Positions 28,580-43,998 of a stretch of 64,000 nt of DNA are shown in pieces; the stretch's first letter is position 1; every line of letters begins with the position of its first letter. Below the pieces are notes generated by a model. That model saw only the letters and a program-made list of their open reading frames with translations, did not search any database and was not told the DNA's origin. A program made the translations under genes and the position numbers. Origin of the DNA: Octopus vulgaris (lineage: Eukaryota); the NCBI GenBank assembly GCA_951406725.2, contig OX597814.1, positions 14,198,001-14,262,000 of the forward strand, in the 5' to 3' direction.

Positions 28580-29543
28580 TTAGAAAGCAGCTCCTTGAGC
28601 AGCATTCCTTGTCTGGTAACCTAAAATACATGCTCCAAAACGTTGCACGACTCTACCATAATGAAAGGACGAATGCATATCAGCCTGGCTATGTTGGTAG
28701 AAAGCTCTGAGATGATCGACATAGCAGTCTATGATGGGTCAACAATCAGATAACTACATCCCACTTTGAAGGGTATGCGATTGCAACCAAGGAACGGGAA
28801 ATATCAACCAATTACCTAATCTGCAAAAGAGATAGAGTTGCAGGAAAAGCAACAAAACGTGACAAGCGTTGCAGACTTTGTAGAGTTAACACCGAAAATA
28901 TCACCCACACCATAAGCAGTTGTCCGAAAATGTCATCACTGTATTATCTACCGATGAGACATGATGTTGTATCTAGGAAACTGTATAATGAGATATATCA
29001 GAAAGATAACCCCAAGAACAAAGGAATAAGAACCCACAGTAGGGTAGAAGTCATAGCCACCCATAACAAAAGGGAATACTTGTGGAATGTCCAAGTGAAA
29101 ACCTCTCTAAATTATAAACACAATAGACCTGATATAGTGATTTGGGAAGAAACTGTGTACTATTGTGGAAATCAGCTGTCCAGTGGATGTTAACATAAAG
29201 CTAAAGATCAGTGAAAAAGTAAATACCTACGCTGAACTATTGAGAAACTTGCAGTTACTCTATCCTGTAATTATTGGGGCACTTGAATATGTAACACACT
29301 GCCTAAATACCAATCTTAAGAAATTAGGCTTATCAAAGCCAAACAGAAGAAGCTGGTTCAAAAACTACAGATTCAGTCCATCACATATATATGAGCACGT
29401 CTAGATATGCATAAAATTCTGCACTTATAGTTACAGGCAGACAGACAGACAGACAAAAATGCTAAGTTGATGCTGAAAGTCCAATGAAAGAGCTTTGGAA
29501 CTAGGTTAGAAACCGGCTCTTCATTGGCAAGAAATCTGAATAA
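28580..29543 (+). mobile_element. R4/Dong-clade non-LTR retrotransposon 3' part (CCHC knuckle and RLE endonuclease), decayed
   Basis: CRLCRVNTENITHTISSCP..MRHD, HNRPDIVIW, VEISCP, PVIIGAL. Confidence 0.85.
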
Positions 29544-29598
29544 TGACATTCATGCATACGTACATATATCATACATAAATACATACATACGTACATAT

Positions 29599-29629
<31 letters not shown>

Positions 29630-29762
29630 CATACATACATACCTGCATGCATACATACATACAAACTGTTATTAACTGGTTGACAGTTATTGTGCTGGTA
29701 CACGGTCACAGACTGTAAGACATGGCATAATGTCTTAAATGAACACTTTCTGTACATATATA

Positions 29763-29985
29763 TAAAAAATACAAAATGGGACAAGAACGCAAAACATCCA
29801 GATAGACGATACAAAAAACACGGATGGGTCATTCGAAGCTTTTAATCTTCAGTCAAAAACCGGATCATCCTCGCAATTTCGACTGATTAATCTAGAGATT
29901 GCTCCAATCTGGCCAGACCCAAGGAAAAACTAAGCTAAGAGCATTAGATTACTTGGAAAAAGTATTGAATGTATACGAAACACCT
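29763..29985 (-). mobile_element. Diverged copy of the 12843 direct-repeat family
   Basis: Reverse complement gives ATTAATCAGTCGAAATTGC..GATGATCCGGTTTTTGACTGAAGA..CGTTCTTGTCCCATTTTGTATTTTT followed by TA. Confidence 0.75.
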
Positions 29986-30822
29986 CGTATTATAATAGAT
30001 CCTGGGACAATTTTACTTGAAGCCGACACATGTAGGGAATGTATTCGGTTTGGATATAAATAAACGGCACGAAATACATTATTGTGGTCGAATTGGTGGA
30101 ATGTTTTATTTTATATATTGTTTGACTAACGTCAAACTATTACACAAAGAATATCACAAGTTTTTAACGCTGTATGAATACAAATATTTTTATATCTGTG
30201 AAAATATTTATGAATGTGTGACTGAATGCGTATACGTATGTGGAGTGTATATATATGTCTATATGGCTATTTGTGTCTGTGTATCCGTGTGCATATGTAT
30301 GTGTGCGTGTAGTTGTGTGTAGGTGTGTGTGTGTGGTTTTGTGTGTGAGTATGTGTGTAGGGAGTGCTATATGGGATGGTAGTTTATGCGTACGTGTATA
30401 TTTGAGTTTGTCTGGGAGATGGGTGTGCTTGAGATAATCGATGGAACAGGTTAGTAGCAGTTGTGATTTTAGCAGTAGATGGACGCGCGGTCGAGAGACC
30501 AGGTGATGTGCGTAGATAACACTGTATGTGTATATATCATTTTGTGTGGGCGCATGTGTGTGTGAGTATAGATGTGTGTGTGTGTCTGTGTCCATGTCTG
30601 CCCCCCCCCTCCATCGCTGGACAATCGATGTTGGCGTGTTTACGACCCAGTAAAGAGACCGATACGTCTCAGCGAAAGAGACCGACAAAATAAGTACTAG
30701 TTTTACAAAGAATAAGTCCTGAGGTCAATTTCTTCTACTAAAAACAACTATGCAAGGCGATGCCCCAGCATGGCCGCAGTCAAATGACCGAAACAAGTAG
30801 AAAAAAGAATATATACATATAC

Positions 30823-30927
<105 letters not shown>

Positions 30928-31399
30928 TATACGTACCTATACATACAGACGTCGAAATACTGTACACATTTTATTGACATATGGTTTATTGAAACGGAAT
31001 ATGTTGTTTGTGATTTGAGTTTCAAACCATTGTGATCTTTACAGTATGCATGTATAAGAGACGCTTGGTTTCCGAATATTTTGTGTTTCCTTGTCATGAA
31101 ATTTGCTTCAAGTCAGCTTAAGATAATATGTTAGGAACAAGATCAAATGTTATCGACATTACGAAAGATTTTGTTACTGTAAGTAGACAAGGTCATCTGA
31201 ACATAAGGAAGAAATTTGTTTCCCAGATGCATCAATTTCACAATGGCAAGCAAGCTCGTGTCTTGTATGATTGAGAATTCTCGCTACCATTCCTTGTAAC
31301 CAAAAGTGTTAAGCAGGTTTGTCTTCTAGCAGCCACTCTCTAGATTTTGAGGTTTAGCACAGCGCTTCAAAATGCATTCTACCATGAAACACCTGGGAT

Positions 31400-32200
31400 C
31401 TAGATCAGTTACAAATATATTGGTGGTATTATTCATCATTAGCCACCTTAAACAGAATGCTAAAATCAGGATCACTACCTCAAGGGATAACCTTTTGTCG
31501 GAGGACTGCTCTTTGAATGCAACCTCTGATGCAGATTTTCAATAGTGCTTAGACATCATTGCTTCAGTTTGTAATAACTTCGGTCTCAAAACAAGTATCA
31601 AAAATACCGAAGTATTGCTCAAGCCAGCTCCCTGAAAACTTTACGTCGAAACACTCTTGAAAGTTAACAATCAACTTTTTTATAACTGTAGAGATATTCA
31701 CCAATATGGAAGTACACATATTTAAGTGAACGCAAGGGTAACAAAAGCCACATCTGTCTTTGGACGATTTTTGAAAAGCCTTGCCTTTAAAATAAAAGCA
31801 AAATTTAGTATAGAAAAATCCGTTGTGGTTACTACAGTACTTTACGGTTGTAAGATCAGGATAGTTTACCAAAGATATACCAAAGAAATTTCACCACATT
31901 CACTTGTGTATGCGAAAACTCCTTAACATCAGGTGGCCCAATAAATTCCTAATGCAACTGTGCTCAAGAGAGCTCATATATCAAGCATGTATGCTTTCCT
32001 GAGCAAATTCCATGTGTGGTAAAAATATGTGACGCACATATCTTGTTTGGCAAACAAGCAATTGGTCACATGGCAGACCAAAGGAAAGATACAAAGACAA
32101 ATTGAGTACAACTTTGAAAACTATAGTTTAGAGCAATCAACTGGACTCATTTCGCTGAAGACTGCACACTGTGACGTAGTTTTGTGTACTCTGAAGTGCA
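31400..32200 (+). mobile_element. RTE-clade (BovB-like) LINE RT fragment, decayed
   Basis: LLSEDCSL (degenerate LFADDCAL), NNFGLKTSIKNTEVL, VNARVTKATSVFGR, VVVTTVLYGC, LNIRWPNKIPNATVL. Confidence 0.8.
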
Positions 32201-33578
32201 TTACTCCGAATTTGACATGATCAGAGAAGCTAAAGAGGGAAAGATGGCATGGACAGTAAGGGCCTTACCAGGTCCTAACTCTGCTAAAGAACGAACTTAA
32301 TAACCTGCGTGTGAGTGCTCTATTTGTATTAAGTAAATTGTATGTCACTATAATGTTTATTGTTTTGTTTCGCTGTGTTTTCATGCACAGGAATATAACA
32401 AGTAAAGTATACGTGTGAAAATAAGGATAAACTATACGTTGATAGAAAAAAATCGGGTGATAAGAAGAAAGCTCGAGGAAAGAACATATAGCGGAGGTAG
32501 TGTTGAAAGAAAGGTAGATGCATCTATTGCCAGGTGAAATCCAGCTATATTTAATCATGTTACATACATTACTCTTATCTTTTATTTTACACGCAGAAAA
32601 GGACAAAGAAAGCATAAGATTGGAGGAACTACCTTACATATTTTTTCTTATAATGTTTCTTTCAGATGATAAAATTATGGCTGAATAATCGATAATTTGA
32701 GTCGTGTTACCACTTCTGCATTCTCTTTACTGCTAGATCACTTCATACTTTTGGTATTAACTAATTATAAATAAATGTTCTACTGGGGTACAATCCACCC
32801 GTCTAAGCATCATCAACCATGCGGATCTAACGGCGCATTCTCTACATGGCCGGTCGATCTAATTGTATTAACAGCACCATTTCCTTCAGACCCCAACCTA
32901 CCACCGCAACAAAGGGATTTCCATTTATAATGCATTGAGTGCTATGCAATGCACGGAAAAAGGCAAGCTAGTGATCGGTGAAAAGCTTTTGATAATATGT
33001 GCGTTCAATTAAAGCTGACCTAATGCCAAATAAAATAACAACCATAACAATAACAGAAGTCACGTAATAATAATTACTTTTGATCAAGGATATCGTTAAT
33101 GTGTTTATGGGAATGTGCATGGTCGATTAAACCGATGCTATGGTTTTATATAATTGTGTTTAATTGATCGCGAATAAATGAATGTCATGGTCGATACTTG
33201 GTTCGATTTGGGCTAGAACTGCAGAAGGATAAAACAATATATTGTAATGATTTTATTTCAATGATCTATTGCTTTAGCGCATCAATATGGATTTCAATCG
33301 CTACAAATCTAAAACACGAAGGCTGTTAGGCGTGTTGGTGATATTTAGAGCACACACACTTTGTGATATTTTATCATTATCATGCCTAAACGCATCAATA
33401 TCTACATATAAAATTAATATTATCTTGCTCTTGCATTCTGTTTCTCGCATTCACCCTCCTGCGCAATTCTATTTGCACTTCCACCTTATCTATATATCTA
33501 TCTATCTATCAATCGATCGATCTATCTATCTAACTATCTATCCATACACAAACACACACAAACACGCAGTTGAAATTG

Positions 33579-34690
<1,112 letters not shown>

Positions 34691-35084
34691 CAAATCGTGT
34701 GTTCCTTTTCACCCTTATACATATATATATATATATATACATTTTGTATGTGTATATATATGCATGCGTGTATGTATGTGTGGATGGATGCATGCATGCA
34801 TGCTTGCATATATGCATATATATATGTATGTATGTATCTATGATTGTTTCAATTGGTGTCCAGATTTTATATATTATGATAAAGATGGGGTCAGAAATTT
34901 TTATAGTTATATATTTAGAAATATCGTCCTCTTTTGAGAGATTCATCATGAATGATTATTTACAGAAAATTCGTGCGTTACATACATGTGTGTATGTGTG
35001 TTTGTATGTGTGTAAGTGGGAGTTAGTTGAGTTGTATTGGGATGAGAACGTTTTTTCTTATTTTGAATCTGTATGTATGTGGAA

Positions 35085-35428
35085 CTCCGTCGGTTGCGAC
35101 GATGAAGGTTCCAGGCGATCTGATCAACAGAACAGCCTGCTCGCGAAATTAACGTGCAAGTGGCTGAGCACTTCACAGACACGTATACCTTTAATTTACT
35201 AGTCAGTGAGATCCAGGTTGACAGAGAGTTTCACAAGGTTGGTCCTTTGAGATACAGGTACAACAGAAACAGGAAGAAAGAGTGAAAGAAATAAGTGGTG
35301 AAAGAGTACAGCATGGTTCCCCACCCCGTCCCACCCGCCGGAGTCTCGTGGAGCTTTAGGTGTTTTCGCTCAGTAAACACTCACAACACCCGGTCTGGGA
35401 ATCGAAACCGCGAGCCATTGCGCCTCAA
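35085..35428 (-). mobile_element. tRNA-derived SINE (related plus-strand copy at about 44575-44845)
   Basis: Minus-strand GGTTTCGATTCCCAG B box; body CAGCCACTTGC..TTAATTT..GAGCAG shared with 44757-44835. Confidence 0.7.
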
Positions 35429-36300
35429 CGTGTGTGTATATATTTGTGTATGTACGTGTGAGTAAGCATGCGCGTATGGGGAATTTTCGATGAGTGGGGA
35501 GCGGTTGATTGGAGAGAATAAAAAAGGAAAACAGAAAGGACAGGACTAAGGACAGAAAGAAAGAAAGAAAGAAAGAAAGCAAGAAAGAAAGAAAGGAATA
35601 AATAAATAAATAAAGAAAGAAAGAAAGAAAGAAAGAAAGAACGGAAGAAGGAAAACTTTTTTACTGAGAAAGTTGAAATTGCATTTCATTTTTGGTCAGT
35701 TGCCATGCTATTCAGCTTTTGGACGGCGTCTTTTACTGGAAAGGATGAATTTAATGATAGTTCAAGAAATCAATTTTCTTTCCGTCATTCAATTTATTTT
35801 TATCTGTAGTTATGTTACCCAGATGTAGGAAATAGAATACCAAATTGCTTTAGGAAGTTTTTGAATGAACCTGTGCGTGTATTTAAGTGAATAAGTGAAT
35901 ATTTTCAGTTATTTTAGTAACCGTAATGAGAACATTGTTAATATTGTCCACTGGTAATCTGATTTGTTTCCTCTGAGACACTGTGTTTTTTTTTTGATTT
36001 TGATTTTTCCAGTTTCAGCTTATGAGCTGTGGCCATGCTGGGGCACCGCCGTGTTCTTTAATAAGGATTTCTCATATGTTTATAAATAACTTTTTATCAT
36101 TTTTGCTTGTATCAGACATTAGATGCGGCCATGCCGGGGCACCACTTTGAAGAATTTTTAGTCGAATGTATTGCCCCCTGTAATTATTTTTCAAAAGCCT
36201 GGTACTTGTTTTATCCGTGTCTTTAGCCGGGGACGATGTAAACAGACCAGAAACGGTGGTTAAGCGCTTGAGGGAGGAACAAAACAGACATAAATACAAT

Positions 36301-36360
<60 letters not shown>

Positions 36361-36414
36361 TACATACACACACACATACATACATACATACATACATACA
36401 TACATACATACATA

Positions 36415-36610
36415 CTCTTTTACTGTTTTACTTGTTTCAGTCATTTGACTGCGGCCATGCTGGAGCACCGCCTTTAGTCGAGCAAATCGACCCCGGGACT
36501 GATTCTTTGTAAGCCCAGTACTTATTCTATCGGTCTCTTTTTGCCGAATCACTAAGTGACAGGGACGTAAACACACCAGCATCGGTTGTCAAGCAATGCT
36601 AGAGGGACAA

Positions 36611-36641
<31 letters not shown>

Positions 36642-36856
36642 CATACATACATACATACATACATACATACATACATACATACATACATACATACATACAT
36701 ACATACATACCTATATACTGCAGACTTCTTTCAGTTTCAGCCTATCGAATCCACCATAGTAGAAAACACTCACCGAAGGTACCACGCAGTGGGACTGAAC
36801 ACCGGACTATGTGGTTGAGAAGCAAGCCTCTCACTATACTGCCACGTCTGTGCCTG
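36415..36856 (-). mobile_element. SINE family B with internal microsatellite
   Basis: Reverse complement of the 44894-45300 family; partial copies at about 25140-25385, 30590-30805, 36095-36290, 42710-42915 and 51010-51200. Confidence 0.85.
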
Positions 36857-37930
36857 TTTTATTTATTTTTTTATATGTTCAGTATAGGTGAAAACCTTTT
36901 GGTAAAATGCAGATCCATTGCCTTCCGGTACTTTGGGACTTCCCTGTATCATTTGTAGGAGGGAAAGTCTCGAATCTGCTGCTTCCACATATTTTAGGGA
37001 TACCGTAACTCATTTTAGGCAAAGGAGTTCAAGTGCAGAAGCGGAGTATTCTCTGCTTTCTGTGTAAAATACTCGAATGGTAAACACTGCCGAGGCTCGT
37101 CGTGTGTGTGTGTTTGTGTGCGTATGAGTGCGTGCGTGTGTGTTTGCCTTGTGTGTGTATGTGTGTGTCTATGTATGGATGAGTGTGTGCGTGTGCGTGT
37201 GAATGTGTCCATGTGGGTGTAAGCACATACATTCCTAGGTGTTATAATATTTGTTCAGCTAAGCGCAATTTTAGTGAATTAGATTGCATTGCTCTGACAT
37301 TATTTATAGAAAACAATCATTGCGCTGACATTATTTATATAATACTTATACAAACACCAAGAATTGACCTTAATTATAACAAATAAATAATATATGGAAT
37401 GCACTTTGCACTTAATCTTGTGTGATATCGTGATATTCTGTCTCTCTAACATTGACGTAAATGCGATTACTGATTTAGACGCTTAATATTTTCCAGTTAT
37501 TGATAAGTAATTACTATATTGCCACTCGCCAACAACTAGAAATGATTCTTATACAGCAATACAATAACAAACGGACAATACAATGAAGCGCAACTTTATA
37601 TAGCAACGAAAAATTACAATCACCTTAGAAGAGCAATGAAAAATGTCTTGAGATTGCTCCACTGAATAATAGAAATATTTGAACAGCTTCAGAATCTGGT
37701 AGGAAGTATATACGATGTAGGTACACAAGGAGAATAACGACAAAAATTAATAATAATAAATCTTTTTTTATTATAGACGCAAGGACAGAAATTTGGTTGG
37801 ATGGGCTTGTCGACTATATTGACCACGGTCCTCAACTGATACATATTTCAACGGTCCCGAAGGAATGAAAGGCATAGATAATAACTACAACAGCAACAAC
37901 AACAACAAAATCAACAACAACAACAAGAAC

Positions 37931-37992
<62 letters not shown>

Positions 37993-37993
<1 letters not shown>

Positions 37994-38542
37994 TGCCCTG
38001 ATGCAGTACCATGCAGTGGTTCTCATGGCTTCTCATCTTAACTGATTGGTAGTGTTATCATGTACATTGTTTTGTCTTGGTATAAAAGATGGGCTGCAGC
38101 AAATATTCTGCTCAATACCACAGATTTGCTTGTCAGATGTTTGACCGTAACCAGTTGAGAATGTCCCTTAATGATTGACGATATGTGCATCTCTGATCAC
38201 GAGCAGAAGTAGTGGGGGAGCATCATAGCCATGTGTTGAGAGGGATTCTTTGGGGTTTGAATAGTTCACCTCTGGAAACATGGGTGGTTCTTTCAACATC
38301 CTTAAACAACCCTTATTCAGGGACCGTTTGAGCGGGATGGGCTACTCAACCTGAAGAAAATGCTAACTGGGCCCCAACTGCAAGGTCATGCGCTTTTAAT
38401 CTTGATATGAGATCACCATGTCGCGCACATGTGGTTGTGATGCATGTGCCTGGTGTACTCTTATCAGACAGGTAGTCATGATGGGTATATTGGGCTTCGT
38501 ATAATTTACCCAGTCTCACTTTGATGCATGCACTGCTCTCTC
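37993..38542. mobile_element. Non-coding element between two (AAT)n tracts, probably a non-autonomous retroelement
   Basis: More GC-rich 550 bp block precisely bounded by AAT repeats, next to a Dong-like LINE; no ORF. Confidence 0.4.
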
Positions 38543-38597
38543 AATAATAATAACAGCAATGATGATAATGATGATGATGATGATGATGATGAAGATG

Positions 38598-38631
<34 letters not shown>

Positions 38632-38660
38632 TGACGACAATAATATGAGTAATAATAATA

Positions 38661-38695
<35 letters not shown>

Positions 38696-38696
38696 A

Positions 38697-39709
38697 CATG
38701 GAGAGAAAAAATGCAGGAAGGGGACTGTTAAGTGTGAAAGATTGCGGGCGTATCGAACTCGAAAGCTTAATGAGATACCTAGACCAAAATAAGGAAACCT
38801 TGCTAGTGACAGTTAGGAAAGAGGGAGAATTGAAAGCAGAGAAACAAGGAAAAAGTACAAAAAGGACATTAGGAAGAATTACGCAACAAAGGTCTACACA
38901 ATAAATTCAATATAACCACAACAGAAGTTATTGGAAAAAACAGGTGGGTTTGGCTGATGAAAGGGACCTTAAAAGAAGAGATCAAGAGCACTATACTGAC
39001 AGCAGAAGACCAAGCTTCGGCCACTAACTGGACGATCAATATTTGGAATGAGAAAGTCTGTACGCTTTGCCACAGCTGCTACAGAGTGGATGAAACCGTT
39101 GCTCAAATCAAGAACTAATGCCCTGGACTTGCCCCAAACCACTATAAGATGTGGCCACACGGTCAGTAACAAAAGTGCTACACTGGAAACTGTGCGAAAA
39201 GTGGGAGATACAGAGAGACAAGATGTGGTATGACCACAACGGCAGAGAGTGGTGCAGTAGGAGACTTGGAAAATCCTCTTGGATTTCCCAATCCAAACAA
39301 ATCGGGTGCCAAAGCTTGCAGACCGGACCTAGTGCTGTTGGACAAGGTTCACCACATATGTTATATATTTGATGTTGCATGCCCCGTTGACCCACGATTA
39401 CTCAAGAAGGAAGGCGAAAAGATAGATAAATACTACCCTCTTAATTATGAAATAGCCCGGCTATGGAAAATAAAGAAGGTGAAGATAATATAAATTATAG
39501 TTGGATCCTTGGGAACAGTATCAAAAGGCATCAAGGAAAATATAAAGTGAATTGGAATAGAGTGCCCAGTTGAACTGTTACAAAACGTTCCCCCTTAGCA
39601 CGGCCAGAATAAGCGGGAAAGTATTAGATAACTGAAAAAAATGAATAGCATGGAAACGTAGGCAGCAGGTAGCACTCCAGGAGTTCCGACGAAATCTGTG
39701 ATGAAGAGA

Positions 39710-39710
<1 letters not shown>
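38697..39710 (+). mobile_element. R4/Dong-clade LINE 3' part in (AAT)n/(GAT)n microsatellite
   Basis: RKNAGRGLLSV, CTLCH knuckle remnant, KVLHWKLC, CRPDLVLLDK..YIFDVACP..K..KY, IIVGSLG; (AAT)n at 39710-39791 and about 38543-38696. Confidence 0.88.
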
Positions 39711-39791
<81 letters not shown>

Positions 39792-39799
39792 TTTTCTAT

Positions 39800-39988
39800 C
39801 ATAGGCACATGGCCTGTAGTTTTGGGAGAGGGGACTAGTCGATTACATCGACCGCAGAATTTATCGATCCCGAAAGGATGAAATGGAAAAGTCGACCTCT
39901 GTGGTGTTTGAACTTAGAATGTAAGGACGGACGAAATGCTGCTAAGCATTTTACTCGGCGTGATTAACAATTCTGCCAGCTCGCCGCT
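39800..39988 (-). mobile_element. SINE family A copy
   Basis: TTCTGCCAGCTCGCC is the reverse complement of the head; CCCGAAAGGATGAAA body. Confidence 0.8.
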
Positions 39989-41224
39989 GCAACAACAACA
40001 GTGATAAAAGTAAATTAATAATAATATTTATCATAATCATTATTATTGTTGTTCTTGTTATCACTTTTATTTGCCACTAGAACAACAGTTGCTTTGATCT
40101 CTACAATGACAGACATCAAGTGTAGATGTTTGCATAAAAGTATACATAGTGTACATCAGTAAAAAAATGTGACACTGATGTGATGTTCCTGATACAGGAG
40201 AGCCTCTAGGGCCATTCGATGGACCCCATTATGCAAGATCACCCTGAATACTAAGGGCAAGTACCCTCTCCAATTTCTGTTCTCCGACTCACAGGTGGCT
40301 TAGAGTGGTGGTACTTTTTTGCGATTTTTACCACTTTCATCAAAATTTTAATGAATTTGTTGGGGGATAGCCACTCCCTCTACGGCGTCACTTTCCGTTT
40401 GGGTTGAAACTTTAAAAATTCCATGAGGGTTCTACCGAGGTGGAATATCTCTACTGCCAAACTTTTCAGTTCCAATTTGGCAGTAAAGGGCCAACTTTTA
40501 TGCTATCTTGGTTTTGGTGTAAATGTCCTCAACATTTCCGCATAGTGTTGGTGGAGTTGTGGTTCTTGAGTTGGCAACAGTGGTGATTTAACTGAGGTAA
40601 GAAAATATAATGGCAAATGGTACCCAGACAAGCATGACATTTTTGCCTCCTTTGCACTCTTCCACCACTTTGTGGGCTTCACCTCCGCAATATATGATTT
40701 TAGAAATGTTGATGAAATTTTCTACTAAGAACAGGACTTGAACTTGCACCGTGACAACTGGCGAATCTTTTGTGGGGGTTAATTTCATTGGGAGATTTCA
40801 CCATATTCATGAATGAAAAGAAAAGAGACACACAGAATGATAATTACCGGATTTTATAGAATTTCCCCTTAAAGACTGATGGTACTGTAGAAGTAAGACA
40901 AGATAAGGACAAAAATAAAAACAGAAAACGTATTGGGTAAGATCATAAACTTTACAAAAGCAAATATAAGTAAAATAGATAACGAAGACATTTAGAAAAT
41001 TGAAAATTATCCGAATCTAGCTAGAGAATGGAGATGATTCAGGAAAACTGAGATGACAATTGCTCTTGTAATACTTGGCATACTTTCAATAATACTGAAA
41101 CTGCCACCTATGAAATTGAAGAACACTGAAATTGAGACTCACAATGTCGACTAGTAGAAAGGTACACTCATGCATTCTGTAAGAAGATTCAGAAAGATTC
41201 TTGAAATTTGAGAACAACAACAAT

Positions 41225-41600
41225 AGGCACAACGCCTGAAATTCAGGGGGAGGGTGATAGTCGATTAATTCGACACCAGTACTCAACTGGTACTTATTTT
41301 ATTGACTCCGACGGGTGAAGGGCAAAGTCAACCTCAGCTGATTTCTCAACTCAGAACTTAAAGCCAGAAGAAATACCTATTTCTTTATTACCCACAAGGG
41401 GCTAAACATAGAGGGGACAAACAAGGACAGACATAAGTATTAAGTCGATTACATCGACCCCAGTGCGTAACTGGTACTTAATTTATCGACCCCGAAAGGA
41501 TGAAAGGCAAAGTCGATCTCGGCGGAGCCACAACGTAACGGTTGACGAAATAACGCTAAGCATTTTCTTTGGCGTGATAACCACTCTGTCAGTTCGTTGT
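41225..41600 (-). mobile_element. SINE family A, internal tandem dimer
   Basis: Two body units (GGCAAAGTC at about 41321 and 41506) joined at AAATACCTATTTC. Confidence 0.8.
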
Positions 41601-41980
41601 CTTTAACAATAATAATAAGTAGATAAAATACAGACAGTTGCAGGAAAAGTGTATGAAATATTCGAAGTCACTAAAAATATATTCCATTAAAAAAATATGA
41701 ACTTGAAGTTCTATTTATGTTATCCTTCAATTAACGCCTGACTATAAAAATATTTACATACTTATATACATACATACAGACATATATAAATGTATAAACA
41801 AGCTTGCGGATATACGTGAACATAAACACACATGTATATGTAAAGATCTAGATAGATAAATGAAAGGATAGGTTGAAAAACAGGCAGATAGCTATTTGTA
41901 TTTAGATGTTATACTTTTAAATACTTATTAAACAGTAAGTCAAGACAGCAAGTTCTGACCTCACATTTACATTTTTCTTT

Positions 41981-42209
41981 CTCTTTTACTTCTTTCAGTC
42001 ATTTCACTGCGGTCATGCTGGAGCACCGCCTTTAGTCAAGCAAATCGAACCTAGGACTTATTCTTTGGAAGCCTAGTACTTATTCTATCGGTCACTTTTG
42101 CCGAACCGCTAAGTTATGGGGACGTACACACACCACCATCGGTTGTCAAGCGATGTTGAGGGAACAAACACAGACACGCAAACACATATACATACACATA
42201 CACACACAC

Positions 42210-42274
<65 letters not shown>

Positions 42275-42458
42275 TATACATATATACATATATGCGACGG
42301 ACTTCTTTCAGTTTCCGTCAACGAAATCCACTCACAAGGATTTAGTCGGCCCGAGGCTATAGTAGAAGACACTTACCCAAGGTGCCACGCAATGCGAATG
42401 AAATCAGAACCATGTGGTTGGTAAGCACGCTCCTTACCAAACAGCAACTCCTGCGCCT
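41981..42458 (-). mobile_element. SINE family B, full length
   Basis: Reverse complement of 44894-45300 with an internal CA/TA tract. Confidence 0.88.
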
Positions 42459-42493
42459 ACATTATTAAACAATAATTATAATATTCAATTATA

Positions 42494-42535
42494 CTAGCTG
42501 GAGCCGTGAAATATTCACGGAAATATTCACGGAAA
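42494..42535 (-). mobile_element. Helitron 3' terminus
   Basis: Minus-strand hairpin CCGTGAA-TAT-TTCACGG, 6 nt spacer, then CTAG followed by T. Confidence 0.55.
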
Positions 42536-42955
42536 ACAAAAAACATGTAAACATCTTATAAGGCACAAAAAGAAAATGACTCTCCCCAGACACAACAGAA
42601 TGTAAACATCTGTAAATTGTGTACTGGTGTCAGGAAAAAGTTTCTATATGGTAACAGTACTACTACACATTTTAGGTTTAGTGGTACGTAACGGTCTACT
42701 GATATTCTTTTATTCTTTTACTTGTTTCAGTCATTTGAGGGTGGCCATGCTGCAGCACCGCACCTTAGTCGAAAAAATCGACCCAAGGACTTTCTGTAAG
42801 CCTGGTGCTTATTCTATCAGTCTCTTTCTTCTGCCGAACAGCTAAGTTGCGAGTATGCAAGTACCCCAACATTGGTTGTCAAACAATGGTGGTGGGGGAC
42901 AAAAACAGACATACACACATTGATAATAATATAATATATATATATATTATATGTA

Positions 42956-43000
<45 letters not shown>

Positions 43001-43024
43001 ATATATACATACATACATAAATAC

Positions 43025-43077
<53 letters not shown>

Positions 43078-43080
<3 letters not shown>

Positions 43081-43967
43081 ATAAAACGGTAAGATAACAA
43101 AAGAAAGAAAGAGACCTCAATATTATGTAAATAGAGGAAATTTATCTATACAATATGTTACATTACTCGGTAGTCAAGATAAAACTCTGAGTTTCAGATG
43201 CCGAAGTGGAAATCCACAACACCATCTCTTCGGTTATCTGGCTAAAATACCGTTAAAAATGAAGGGAAATTACTCTGTATAACTCTGCTTTGCCTGCGTA
43301 CTTATACATCGCTCGCATTTTTCGTCATAAAAATTATATAAAAATACATAAAAATATATAAAAATATATAAAAATATATAAAATCTTCTTGGGACATAAC
43401 ACAGACTGTTCTATCCGTTTTCTTTAGGGGACCAAAAACGTAACAGAAATTTATCACATGTGGGCATGATCCGAAAAGTTCTGTCCTTGTATTTAGACAT
43501 GTGGTAGGGTCTAAGCTGCTTTTCCAGATAAGCCATCTCTCCATGTCGCATAAACCGCACCTTCCACTTTTATGCGACATGGAGAGATATTATCTGGAAA
43601 GCAGCAGACCTACCACATGTCTAAATACAGGACAGAACTTTTCGGATCTCCCACATGTGACTAAATTTCTGTTACGTTTTGGTCCCCAAAAACGGATAAA
43701 ACTTTTCTGTGTTATGTCCCAAGAAGATTTTATATATTTTTATATATTTTTATATATTTTTATGTATTTTTATATAATTTTTATGACGAAAAATGCGAGC
43801 GTTATAAGTACGAGCAAAGCAAGTTATAACAAATTCCCTTCATTTTTAACGTATTTTTCATAACGTTTTCAAATAGCCAGATAACCGAAGAGATGGTGTT
43901 GTGGATTTCACTTCGGCATCTGAAACTCAGAGTTTTATCTTGACTACCGAGTAATGTAACATATTGT

Positions 43968-43972
<5 letters not shown>
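43078..43972. mobile_element. Fold-back PLE 3' end: ~400 bp palindrome containing the endonuclease-domain C-terminus and a hammerhead in each arm
   Basis: Arms 43143-43554 and 43569-43972, 14 nt loop; ORF 43302-43580 (-) has CGLCDMERWLI..CLNTRTELFGSCPH, matching the PLE C-terminal C.LC..E...LN.R.E....C.H pattern; TA flanks. Confidence 0.85.
43880..43939 (+). ncRNA. Minimal type I hammerhead-like motif (CCGAAGA core); second copy 43178-43238, minus strand
   Basis: GAUAA-CCGAAGA-GAUG..CAUC-U-GAAA-CUCAGAG-UU-UUAUC: stem I GAUAA/UUAUC, stem III ACUC/GAGU, GUU triplet. Confidence 0.72.
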
Positions 43973-43998
<26 letters not shown>

